From Gammaproteobacteria bacterium (GTDB lineage Bacteria > Pseudomonadota > Gammaproteobacteria > Eutrophobiales > Eutrophobiaceae), in assembly GCA_965215365.1 (NCBI GenBank), contig CBDCDS010000003.1, positions 352,001 to 416,000 on the forward strand: 64,000 nt of DNA, read 5' to 3'. Below are positions 30,533 to 41,300 of the stretch, piece after piece. The position numbers and the translations under genes are program-made. Below the pieces are notes generated by a model. That model ran no database searches, was not told the origin of the DNA, and saw only the letters and a list, made by a program, of their open reading frames with translations. How positions within the stretch are numbered: position 1 is the stretch's first letter; each line of letters opens with the position of its first letter.

Positions 30533-30592
30533 ACAGATTTGTCAAAAATACAAGGTAATTATTGACAGAATTTGTCAAAAATACAGGGTAAT
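30533..30592. repeat. Tandem ~28-bp imperfect direct repeat upstream of the AAA+ gene
   Basis: ACAGATTTGTCAAAAATACAAGGTAAT (30533-30559) and ACAGAATTTGTCAAAAATACAGGGTAAT (30565-30592). Confidence 0.8.
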
Positions 30593-30882
30593 AAAAATTC
30601 AACTCTCCCGAACTGTGTTGCGAGGTTGAACACTGCGGAGGTCTCGGTTTTCACTCCGTTTAATCGCCGCGCCACCTGCCCGGCAAGTTCCAGCAATGTC
30701 GTGGTCAGAAATGTCTTTTCAAAAAACCGTGCCGGGTCCTGGTAATCTTCCGGCGCCGCGCCGTCCCGCACCTTGCCCAGGTGCACAGCAAGCTCCGCCG
30801 CATCCAAAGGCTTGCCCTCGCGCAGGTCGGCCCGTGGCGTGACTACCTTGTACCAGGGTTTTAACCGCTTTTTGATACTCAT
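30559..30882 (-). pseudogene. Truncated N-terminus of a DUF499-type ATPase
   Basis: LKPWYKVVTPRADLREGKPLDAAELAVHL...YQDPARFFEKTFLT...FNLATQFG breaks off where the GGGKT P-loop is expected. Confidence 0.7.
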
Positions 30883-31164
30883 CCCCTCTGTTCAAGTATT
30901 GACGTTTTACGAATGTGGCTCTTCCAGCGTTTGTGCCCGGTTGCCGGCGGCGTGGATAAGCCGAGGGAACTGGCTGCCGATGTCTGAAGGGTGGGTTTCT
31001 CAGGGGCGAATGGTTACTGCTGTTTAGACGAAGCAGGTGGCGCAGGCGGATTAGGAGGGGGCGCCGGCTTCAAAGTGGCAACGGGAAGAGGGTTTGGGTT
31101 ACTGTCCTCGGTTTGCAGGGAAGGACTGAATTGCGCTGGATCTGGAAACGGATTTGAGCCTCTT

Positions 31165-31302
31165 CTAAGTGGTACTTTTTCGGTCATATCTTTCACCCGG
31201 TTTAACAAATTCTACCCATTGAACATCTTCAGCGTTTATAAGTATACCATCCAGTTCCGATAAGTCTAATTCCGTCCCATCTTCGCGAATCCAACTATTG
31301 CT
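31165..31302 (-). pseudogene. Startless gene remnant, possibly a DUF6338-like C-terminus
   Basis: An AT-richer open frame SNSWIREDGTELDLSELDGILINAEDVQWVEFVKPG...* is bounded by an upstream stop. The family is recognised from memory only. Confidence 0.35.
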
Positions 31303-31371
31303 TCATCCGAAGCGTTCCGTGTCAACCTCCTTGATTTGCTCAGGTTTCATGACCAATCTTCTCAAGTTTGC

Positions 31372-32001
31372 TCACACTGACGTCAATGCTTCCACATCCT
31401 CCAGTTTCATCACTTCCGTGTATTTCATCTTCAAGTCGAACAGGTTGGCCTGGTGCTGGGCGATGGAGCGGTCGCCTACGCAATCTTCGACGATGACGGG
31501 CCGGAAACCGTGGCATACGGCATCGACCGCGGAGGCGCGCACGCAACCGCTGGTGGTGGCGCCGGTGATGAACAGGGTTTTGATGCCGCGCAGGGTCAGC
31601 GCCGAGGCCAGGTGGGTGCCGAAAAACGCAGAGGGATAGCGTTTGCGGATAATCAGGTCGCCCGGCGCCGGAGGCAGTTGCGGCACTATGTGGCTGAGCT
31701 CAGAGGCTTCGGTAAAGGCCAGACAGCCCGGCACCTTGTCGGTGAACACATTGGCGTCGGAACCGTCATCCGCATACACCACGCGGGTGTAGCTGACCAG
31801 CCAGCCACGCGCACGCGCCAGTGCCAGTAACTTAACAGTCTGCTGAATCGCAGAGTCGATATTGCCACCGCCGAACACTTCCGGGTCGGCAAAACCATTG
31901 ATAAAATCCACCAGCAGCAGCCCCGCCGGCGCCTGCAGCTCCAAGCTGTTGCCAAAGCCCTGACGGTCATACACTGCCTGTTCGTGCGTGTCGGTCATCA
32001 A
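31372..32001 (-). CDS. Isochorismatase-family cysteine hydrolase
   Basis: LLLVDFINGF, RKRYPSAFFGT, GATTSGCVRASAVDA (Asp-Lys-Cys triad). Confidence 0.92.
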   Translation of the reverse strand: MMTDTHEQAVYDRQGFGNSLELQAPAGLLLVDFINGFADPEVFGGGNIDSAIQQTVKLLALARARGWLVSYTRVVYADDGSDANVFTDKVPGCLAFTEASELSHIVPQLPPAPGDLIIRKRYPSAFFGTHLASALTLRGIKTLFITGATTSGCVRASAVDAVCHGFRPVIVEDCVGDRSIAQHQANLFDLKMKYTEVMKLEDVEALTSV

Positions 32002-32275
32002 CCCTCCTGTTACGGGCTAGTACTCTTTCAACCTGAGATTGCCATGCTCAGAGCCACAAATCAGACGGAGAGATCGTTTTCAACGTACTCAAACACCTCG
32101 TTGCTTTATCTGACCGCGTTTAATTCTGACCGGGGATGAATATACATGACTCGAACTGTCGATGCCACCATTGCGGTGGACAGGGGGTAAGCGCGGCGCG
32201 GAACAACAGGTTAAAGAATAAAGTTGCCAAGGGTTTTGACCACACTTTGAGGCACGGCCCCAGAAGCAAAAACAG

Positions 32276-32298
32276 TTGACAAAAGGCATACAGTATGC
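32276..32298 (+). promoter_or_regulatory. Putative toxin-antitoxin promoter -35 and palindromic operator
   Basis: TTGACA (32276-32281) followed by the perfect palindrome GCATAC-A-GTATGC (32286-32298), just upstream of the toxin ATG. Confidence 0.6.
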
Positions 32299-32311
32299 GA
32301 CGGTCAGCGCC

Positions 32312-32581
32312 ATGGATAATTTTGACTGGGACGATGAGAAAAACAGACTGCTTGAAAGAACCCGTGGCGTGAGTTTCGAAGAGGTTGTCTTCCATATACA
32401 GAATGGCGATATCCTTGACATCGTACCACACCCCAATCCATCACGTTATCCGCAGCAACGGATCATCGTTCTTAATGTGGAAGGCTATGCATACCTGATT
32501 CCGTTTGTGGAACAAGAGCAAAAGTGGTTTTTGAAGACGATTATCCCGAGTAGAAAGGCAACCAAGGAGTATCTCACATGA
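32312..32581 (+). CDS. BrnT-family (DUF497) toxin
   Basis: FDWDDEKNRLLERTRGVSFEEV, HPNPSRYPQQ, FLKTIIPSRKATK. Confidence 0.88.
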   Translation: MDNFDWDDEKNRLLERTRGVSFEEVVFHIQNGDILDIVPHPNPSRYPQQRIIVLNVEGYAYLIPFVEQEQKWFLKTIIPSRKATKEYLT

Positions 32582-32859
32582 CCAATCGCCTCGATCTTAA
32601 CCAGTATGAAGTAGAAATTCTCCGGAGTTTTGAGCGTGGAGAGTTGTCAGGCATCAAGAATTTCGAGCAAGAGAAGCGTCGTATGGAAGCAGCCGCGCGC
32701 GGATTTTTCAAGAAGGATCAACGTATCAATATCAGGATTTCTTCCCGTGATCTGGAAAACCTGCAAAAGCAAGCGGCAGCGGAAGGTCTGCCTTATCAGA
32801 CGCTCATATCGAGCACACTTCACAAATTCGTTACCGGTAAGTTGAAACCGGCCAATTAA
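32578..32859 (+). CDS. BrnA/CopG-like antitoxin
   Basis: ATGA overlap with the toxin; RHH motif RINIRISSRDL...AAEGLPYQTLISS. Confidence 0.88.
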   Translation: MTNRLDLNQYEVEILRSFERGELSGIKNFEQEKRRMEAAARGFFKKDQRINIRISSRDLENLQKQAAAEGLPYQTLISSTLHKFVTGKLKPAN

Positions 32860-33016
32860 CTCGCCGTGCGGAACAACAGGTTACACGGCAAGGTTACCAT
32901 CGTGGCAGGAGCAGGCCGGGTATCGACGCGGCGATTGCCACGGCCGCAGACTTTGCAAGGGTCATGAACCCCGGTAGCGCAAGTCTTGGCATCGCGATGA
33001 CCGGCCCTGTGACTGA

Positions 33017-33505
<489 letters not shown>

Positions 33506-33510
33506 ACGAC

Positions 33511-34017
33511 ATGGCCGAAACTGAATGTGAAACCCTGCTCCGGCAGCTCGCTAGTCAACTGACACAACAGCAAAAAATGCTGACTACGGCCGAGTCCTGC
33601 ACCGGCGGCGGTGTGGCCTGTACGCTCACGGCCATGCCGGGCAGTTCGGTCTGGTTCGAGCGCGGGTTTGTCACCTACTCCGACCTGGCCAAGCAGGAAC
33701 AGTTGGGCGTTACCGCGGAGCTGCTCGCCCGCTTCGGGGCCGTCAGCGAGCAGGTGGCCGCGGCCATGGCGTTGGGCGCGTTACAGCACAGCCGGGCTGA
33801 TTTCAGCGTGGCGACTACCGGCATCGCCGGGCCGGATGGAGGCACGCCGGCCAAACCGGTCGGCACCGTCTGTTTCGGCTGGGCGCGGCGCGGCGCCGCG
33901 GCCAGGACGGCGCGCAGGGCATTCAACGGAGACCGGCAACAGGTCAGGGAACGCTCCATACTGACAGCCTTGCAAGGGGTTGTGGACCTGATGGAGCCCG
34001 CCGCAATAAGATGGTAG
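33511..34017 (+). CDS. pncC: CinA C-terminal domain / NMN amidohydrolase
   Basis: TAESCTGG, PGSS, GFVTYS, GAVSE, TTGIAGPDGG, KPVGTV. Confidence 0.9.
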   Translation: MAETECETLLRQLASQLTQQQKMLTTAESCTGGGVACTLTAMPGSSVWFERGFVTYSDLAKQEQLGVTAELLARFGAVSEQVAAAMALGALQHSRADFSVATTGIAGPDGGTPAKPVGTVCFGWARRGAAARTARRAFNGDRQQVRERSILTALQGVVDLMEPAAIRW

Positions 34018-34082
34018 AAGCTACCACGATTCTCAGCATTTTTTTGCTTGCATAACCCGCCTCATCCTTGTACAGTGCCATT

Positions 34083-34565
34083 ATGAGCCAAGCCATTGCA
34101 TTTGATACCCACCGCTTTATCAAGCGCCTGACGCAGACCGGGTTCACCGAGGCGCAAGCCGAGGCGTTGGCGGACGAGCAGGTGACCTTACTGAACAGCA
34201 ACCTGGCCACTAAGGAAAATCTGCTGAGACTCGAGGGAGTCCAAAAGGAGCAACTAGCCAAACTCGAGAGAGTCCAAAAGGAGCAACTAGCCAAACTCGA
34301 GGGCAAACTGCAGCAGCAGATGACCGAGCTCAAGAGCGACCTGGAGCGGCAGATGACCAAACTCGAGGGCAAACTGCAGCAGCAGATGACCGAGCTCGAG
34401 GGCAACTTGGATCGGAAGTTGACCAAAGTCAAGACCGACCTGGAGCGGCAGTTGACCGAGCTCAAGGCTGACTTGCTGAAATGGATGATCGGCGCGTTGA
34501 TTGCGCAGACCGGATTGCTCGCAGGACTGCTGTTGGGTTTTATGAAGCTGTTTGCGGGGGTGTAA
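34083..34565 (+). CDS. DUF1640/CCDC90-like coiled-coil membrane-anchored protein
   Basis: FDTHRFIKRL...GFTEAQAEAL head, LATK neck, seven 33-bp (11-aa) repeats at 34230-34460, C-terminal LLKWMIG TM anchor. Confidence 0.85.
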   Translation: MSQAIAFDTHRFIKRLTQTGFTEAQAEALADEQVTLLNSNLATKENLLRLEGVQKEQLAKLERVQKEQLAKLEGKLQQQMTELKSDLERQMTKLEGKLQQQMTELEGNLDRKLTKVKTDLERQLTELKADLLKWMIGALIAQTGLLAGLLLGFMKLFAGV

Positions 34566-34657
34566 CCGGGTGCTGAACAAACCTGTTAGTGATGCCGGGA
34601 CCTGCCTCTAAGCCAGGGGTGTCCTGAGTCGCCACCCGACAGGCCACTTTTTCTTCC

Positions 34658-34705
34658 TATCTCACTGTGAAAAAAATTACCAAAAAAGCCAAAAACTGCT
34701 TGACA
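34658..34705 (+). promoter_or_regulatory. A-tract + TTGACA promoter module, copy 1
   Basis: Near-identical to 35237-35282. Confidence 0.65.
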
Positions 34706-34802
34706 GGACTTATGAAAATCGCTACATCGTATTTTTATTGACATCTGCTCCAACGACAAGTAGCATGACCTTGCCTCCACTTGAAGCAGAGGGAATACAA
34801 CC

Positions 34803-35213
34803 ATGAACGCCATTATCAGCATGCTGTTCGACCGCCTGCCCGACCTCATCAATCTGGCTGTACTTATCATTGTCTGCGTTCTGTTCACCCGCATCGGCGA
34901 CTTAAAGGACAGCATTGACAAACGCTTCGATGATATGAACAAACGCTTCCATGATTTGAAAGAAAGCATCGACAAACGCTTCCATGATTTGAAAGAAAGC
35001 ATCGACAAACGCTTCGATGGTGTAAACAAGCGTATCGATGACGTAAACAAGCGTATCGATGACGTAAACAAGCGTATCGATGATCAGAAAGATAACATCA
35101 ACGCACTGGGTCAAAGGGTGGATACTTTGAGCCAAAAAGTAGATACTCTGTCGGGTCAGGTGCATCGGATTGAAGGGCATTTGGGTCTGCCTAGCACCGG
35201 TACGGACGGTTGA
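34803..35213 (+). CDS. Small membrane-anchored coiled-coil repeat protein
   Basis: GAGGG RBS; N-terminal TM; 11-aa (LKESIDKRFHD) and 7-aa (VNKRIDD) tandem repeats; ends RIEGHL. Confidence 0.75.
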   Translation: MNAIISMLFDRLPDLINLAVLIIVCVLFTRIGDLKDSIDKRFDDMNKRFHDLKESIDKRFHDLKESIDKRFDGVNKRIDDVNKRIDDVNKRIDDQKDNINALGQRVDTLSQKVDTLSGQVHRIEGHLGLPSTGTDG

Positions 35214-35236
35214 AACAGCAGGCAAACTCTTATTTT

Positions 35237-35305
35237 TATCTCACTGAAAAAAATACCAAAAAAGCCAAAAAACTGCTTGACAAACGCTGAGGAAATCGAC
35301 ATAAT
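35237..35305 (+). promoter_or_regulatory. sigma70 promoter of the adhesin (A-tract module, copy 2)
   Basis: Phased A-tracts, TTGACA (35277-35282), 17-bp spacer, CATAAT (35300-35305). Confidence 0.8.
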
Positions 35306-35308
35306 GTT

Positions 35309-35392
35309 GACCGCAGACCGCAGACCGCAGACCGCAGACCGCAGACCGCAGACCGCAGACCGCAGACCGCAGACCGCAGACCGCAGACCGCA
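35309..35392 (+). repeat. Heptanucleotide simple sequence repeat (GACCGCA)12
   Basis: 84 bp of perfect 7-mer repeats, ending 1 bp before the ATG at 35394. Confidence 0.97.
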
Positions 35393-35393
35393 G

Positions 35394-38300
35394 ATGCCAC
35401 GGTCGCGCGTAAGCCCGTCGGCGGTATGGCGTTACCTCTCCCCGCGTAAGCCCGCCCCGCGCCGCCGTTCAGCCTGGCGCACCCTCACCGCCGCGCTGCT
35501 CGCCCTGCCGCTGCTGGTCGGCCTCGCGCCGTCCGCCCAGGCGCAGACGCTGGTCAGCAACACGGCGCAGACGGTCTCAGGCGGAGGCTCGCCGAACGAA
35601 CGCGCCTCGTCCTTCACCACCGGTTCCAACGCCTACGGCTACACGCTCTTGGCGGTAGACATAGGAGTGGGCTCCAACGCCAACCGCACGCTGTCTGTCG
35701 CCATCCGCGAGAACAGTTCTTCAAGACCGGGCGACCTGGTGGCGAGGCTCACCAATCCGTCGAGCGTAACAGCCAACGCCCTGAACATCTTCGCCGCCCC
35801 CGCCAACACCACGCTCGCGGCGAACACGACCTACTGGTTGGTGTTCAATGACGGCAGGAGGGCAAATGTTTCGGCCCAAAATGCGGGTATGCAAGTCACC
35901 AGTTCTAATCAACAGAATGGGGCTACCGGATGGTCGATTGGCGATGAGTCTCGCGTAACCGGTTCTGGTCAACCTTTTGCCATAGGCAGCGGCATTCACA
36001 TCCGCTTCGCCGTCAAGGGCGCCCCCAACGGCCCCGCCGCGCCGACCGGCCTCACCGCGACGCCGGGCCCGGGCAGCGGCCAGGTGACGCTGCGCTGGAC
36101 GGCCTCGGGCGACAGCCGCATCACCTCGTACCAGTACGACAACTGGCGCGGCACCCCCGGCAACTGGGGCGGCTGGCGCAACTTCAGCCCCGGGGCCGGC
36201 CCCGGCGCCACCGGCGGCCGCATCTCCGGCCTGGTCAACGGCGACCAGTACGGCTTCCGCGTCCGCGCCCGCGCCGGGGCGCTGCAAGGCGCCGCCTCGG
36301 ACGCCGCCACCGCCACGCCGGCCGCCAACCCGCCGCCGGCCAAGCCGACCGGCCTCACGGCGACGCCGGGCGACGGCCAGGTCATGCTGAGCTGGGACAA
36401 CCCCCGCGACAGCAGAATCTCCCTGTACCAGGTCCGGCAGCGGGCAAGCGGCGGCAGCTGGGGGGGCTGGGTGGCCATCGGCACCAGTGACGCGAACACC
36501 ACTAGGCTAACGAGGGGCGGCCTGACCAACGGCACCGCCTACGACTTCCAGATCCGCGCCCGCGCCGGGACGCGGTTCAGCCCCGACTCGGACACCGTGT
36601 CCGCCACGCCGCAGGGGACGCCGGTGGCGCAGTTCAGATTCGCCTCGGCATCGACTCCCGAGGAAAACACTCTGGGCCGCATTTTCTTCGATATCGCCCC
36701 GGCCCCGTCGGCGGCGATCACGCTGGCCTACACGGTGACCGGCACCGCGACCCGGGGGTCGGGCGGGGACTTCGCGCTGCCGGACAGCGACAGCGTGGCC
36801 GTGCCCCCGGGCAGGGGCGCGGTGTTTATCCAAATCGTCTTGCTCGAGGACGCCCTGCGCGAGCCCGACGAGACGGTCATCCTGACCCTGGCCGACGGCG
36901 CCGGCTACGACCTCGGCGGCCGGACCACGTACACGCTGACCATCGAGGACGACGACCCGCCGCTGGCGCCCGCCGGCTTCGCCGCCGCGGCGGGCGACGG
37001 CCAAGTGGTCCTGAGCTGGACCGACCCGTCCGACGCCGCGATCAGCGGCTACCAGTTCCGCCAGCGCACCCCGCCGGACACCGGCAGCTGGGGAACCTGG
37101 ACGGCCATCGCCAGCAGCACCGCCACCACCACCACGCACACGGTCACGGGCCTGACCAACGGCACGGCCTACGGCTTCCAGGTGCGCGCCGTGGACGGGA
37201 CGCTGAACGGCGCGGCCTCGGCCGAGGCGACCGCGACGCCCAACCCCCCACCGGCCGCCCCCACCGGCCTCACCGCCACGGCGCAACCCCGGAGTGTCCG
37301 GCTGAGCTGGACTAACCCGAACAACGCCGCCATCACCGGCTGGCAGTACCGCCAGGGGACGGGCGATCCCGTCAGCTGGGGCAGCTGGACGAACTTCTCG
37401 GGACCCTTTATCGGGACCACTATCGAACGCGACATCGCCGGACTCACGAGCGGCACCGAGTACAGCTTCCAGGTCCGCGCCCTGGCCGGGACGGTGCAAG
37501 GCACCGCCTCGGACACGGTGTCCGCGACGCCGTTGGCGCCGGCGCCGCCGCCCGCCAAGCCCGCCGGCCTCACCGCCACGGCGGGCAGCGGCCAGGTCAC
37601 GCTCAACTGGACGGATCCGAGCAACGCCGCCATCACCGCTTGGCAGTTCCGCCGGCGCACCCCGCCGGGCGGCGGCAGCTGGGGCGACTGGATACCCATC
37701 ACCCCCAGCACCGCCACCACCACCACCCACACGGTGACCGGCCTGACCAACGGCACCGCCTACGAATTCCAGGTCCGCGCCCTGGCCGGGCTGAGGCGAG
37801 GCCCCGCCTCGGACGCCGTGTCCGCCACGCCGCAGGCGCCGCGGCCCGCCAAATTCAACGTCAACGCCGTAGTGACCGGCAATCAAATCACGCTGTTTTG
37901 GACCACGTCCGGCAGCGCCATCACCGGGTTTCAGCTCCGCCGGGGGACGGGCCCGTCGGACGCCGTGGCCTGGGGCATGTGGACGAACATCAGCGGCGGC
38001 GGCGCTGTCCGGAGGCAGAACATCACGGGCTTGGACTGGGCCACGACGTACCACTTCGAGGTGCGCGCGGTGGCGGGGACGGTGCTCGGGGTGGCGTCGG
38101 ACACCGTGAGCGCCACCACGGCACCGGCGCGCCCGTCCGGCCTTGCGGCCGCGGCGGGCGACGGGCGGGTCGTTTTGAGCTGGGCCGCCCCATCCGGCAC
38201 CCTCACCGGATATGAATACCGGTACAGGGCCACCGGCAACAACTGGGGCAGCTGGACTGCCATCCCCAACAGTGCCGCCCTCACCACCTACACGGTCACG

Positions 38301-41300
38301 GGCCTGACCAACGGCACGGAGTACAGCTTCCAGCTGCGCGCCCGCAGCGGCAGCGGCGACCGGCAGGTAAGCGCTGTGTCGGTCACGGTGTCCGCCACGC
38401 CGGCCGCCACCGCCACCGGCCTGGTGCTCAATCCGACCGCTCTGACGGTGACCGAAGGCGAGAGCGCCACCTACACCGTGGCGCTGACCACGCAGCCCAC
38501 CGGGAGCGTGACGGTCACGGTCTCAGGCGCCAGCGGCGAGGTGACGGTCGATACCAATAGCACAGCGGCCGGCAACCAGTCCACGCTGACCTTCACGACG
38601 ACCAACTGGAGTACCGCGCAAACCGTCACCGTGGCGGCCGATGAGGACGCCGACACAGACAACGACAGTGCCACCCTCACCCACAGCGCCAGCGGCGGCG
38701 GCTATGGCAGTGTCACCGCCACGGTGGCCGTCACCGTCACTGATAATGACACCCCGCCGGCCAAGCCCGCCGGCTTCACCGCCACGCCCGGCCATACCCG
38801 GGTGACTCTGTCATGGACGAACCCCAACAACGCCGTCATCACCGGCTGGGAGTACTGGCACCTCGGTGACTGGCGCCCCATCCCCAACAGCGATGCCGAC
38901 ACGGTCGGTTATGTGGTGACCGGTCTGAGCAACAATGTGGCTTATACCTTCCGGGTGCGGGCGCTGGCAGGCTCAACTAAGGGGACACCCTCAGACCCGC
39001 AGCGGGTCACGCCCATGGCGCCGCCGCTGCAGCTGTCGGTCGACTCACTGACGCTGGCAGAAGGCGGGCAGAGCACCTACACGGTGGCGCTAGGTTCCCA
39101 GCCCCCCGCTGGCATCGGCGGGACCGTTGTTGCCATCACCTCGGACAATCCCGACGTGACCGTCTCCCCGGCGGCGCTCGACTTCACTCGCACCAACTGG
39201 AACGCGCCGCAGACGGTCACCGTCACGGCTGCCCAAGACGAGGACACCGCGAACGACCGCGCCACGCTCACCCACACGCCAACCGGGGGGCGCCAAGAGG
39301 GCAGCGGCGTGACGCTGGCCGTGACCGTCACGGAGACCGGAGCCGTCCCGCCCCCCGCCACACCCAACACCCCGGCTACGCCCCCCGCCACACCCAACAC
39401 GCCCACCACACCTACGACGCCGGCTACGCCCCCTGCCAACAACAATAACAACAACAACAATAACAACAACAATAACAACAACAACAACAACAACAATAAC
39501 GGCAGCGGCAGCAGCAGTGGCGGCGGCGGCAGCCCCAGCCCGGCACCGGCCGCACCCGGCACGGCGGCGGTGACCATCACCCCGCCCGGCGCACTGCGCG
39601 TGGCGGTGGCGGACGCTGTGGCCACGCCGGATACCGATGCGCACCGTGTCAGCTATCAGCTCAGACTGTCGCGCCGCCCTGCCGGTACGGTGCTCATCAC
39701 GCCGGTGAGCTCAGATTCGACCATCGCCACGGTCAGCGCGCCGCTGCAAATCACTCCGGCCAACTGGACCGCACCGCACCTCGTGACCGTGACCGGCGTG
39801 CGCGCCGGGCGGGTGGGCATTACTCACCGCCTGCGCGGCGGCGGCTATGACGGCGTCCCCATCCCGGAGGTGACGGTCATCGTCGGCGATGGCGGTGCTG
39901 ACCCGCGCAAACGCCGACCGGCGGCGAGCGCGCCGGCGGCTGAGACCGATTCGGCGCCGGGCGCCGACTCCGAGCCCGCCCCGGCCGCGGCCACTGAGAC
40001 ACCCCCTGAGGCGGGCGCTGACGCCACCCCGGCGGCGATCGAAACCACGCCTGCGACCGCCGCTGAGGCCGGCGCCGACACCACCCCGGCAGCGGATACG
40101 ACACCAGCTGCGACCGCCGCCGTCACCCCGGACGCAGCTGCGACCCCGGCGACTGCTGCTGAGGCCGCGCCCGCGCCAACACCTGAGACGACCGCCGAGC
40201 CGGTCGCCCCGGCGCCACTGCCGAGCGGGGCGTTAGCAGCGCTGGCGCGCAGTCACTTAAATGGCGCGCGCGCCGTGCTGGGCGCGCGTTCAGACGCCGA
40301 GGCGCACGCCCGCGACCACCTCACCTTAGCCGGGCGCACCTTGTCGTGGGAGGCACTGTGGGGTGCTGACGGCGCTGGTGCTCTCGGTCATGCGGTCGAC
40401 CCGATAGCACTGAGCCCGGCACTGGCCCACGCGCGCCCCTGGGTTGATGCCACCGGGCGCTGTGCCTCCTGGACCACGGCCGCCTGCGGCATGGACTTAA
40501 GCGCACAGGGCAGTGCCACGAATACCGGCGGTGCGGGTCTGTGGGAGACGCTGACCTACCAGTTGCTGAGCGGGCAGTTACGCGCCGGCGGGTTAGACCG
40601 TGCCTTATGGCAGGACAGTGGCTTTGCCCTGACTTTAAGCCGGCCGGATGAGGACGGTGCCGGCGCCGGGCGCCGTTGGACGCTGTGGGGGCAAGGTCAC
40701 GTCCACGCGGTCGCCGCCCTGCCGGCGCACTCCGGCTTAAATACCGAGCTGCGCACCGCCTGGCTGGGCTTAGACACCCCTATCGGTGACAGCGCCCGAC
40801 TGGGTCTGGCCTTATCACGGCAACAAGACCCCAACGGGTTGACCGCCGTGCATCCGTACCTGTCCTGGTCTCACGGTGCCACCCGCATCAGCGCGCTGGG
40901 CGGCTTCGGGCGCAGCACCGGGTATGATAGCCCGAGCCCGGGCGCAGCACCGGCGCCGGCACAAGACGGTAGCATAGTGCCGGATTCCTACCCGCTGGGG
41001 CTGACTATGGGCGTCGTGGAAGTGGCACACCCGTTAGGTCACTTCGCCGGCATGACCTTAGCTGCGCGCGCCGATTCGTCCTGGGCGCGCTTAGCGCGCT
41101 TAGACGATGCCGGCCACACCTTGCAAGTCGAGACGGTGCGCACCGTGCGTATCGGGCTGGCCGGCGGTGGGCAGTTGCCATCCTGGTCGGCGCACCCCGA
41201 GCTCACCTTAAGCCCGTCATTGGCACTGCACGGGCGCACCGACACCGGCACCGGGCAGTCCGGGCAGGCGTTGGAGCTCGCCGGCGGACTGGACAGTACC

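Noticed and set aside
35277-35303. TTG start of the 2149-aa ORF as given in the track
   Set aside because: The TTG is the -35 box TTGACA; ATG 35394 (or 35304) fits the signal peptide better.
36507-38054. Long antisense ORFs (e.g. 515 aa here; also 14197-15255, 26904-27767, 62801-63697)
   Set aside because: Shadow frames of GC-rich genes on the opposite strand, with no recognisable motifs.
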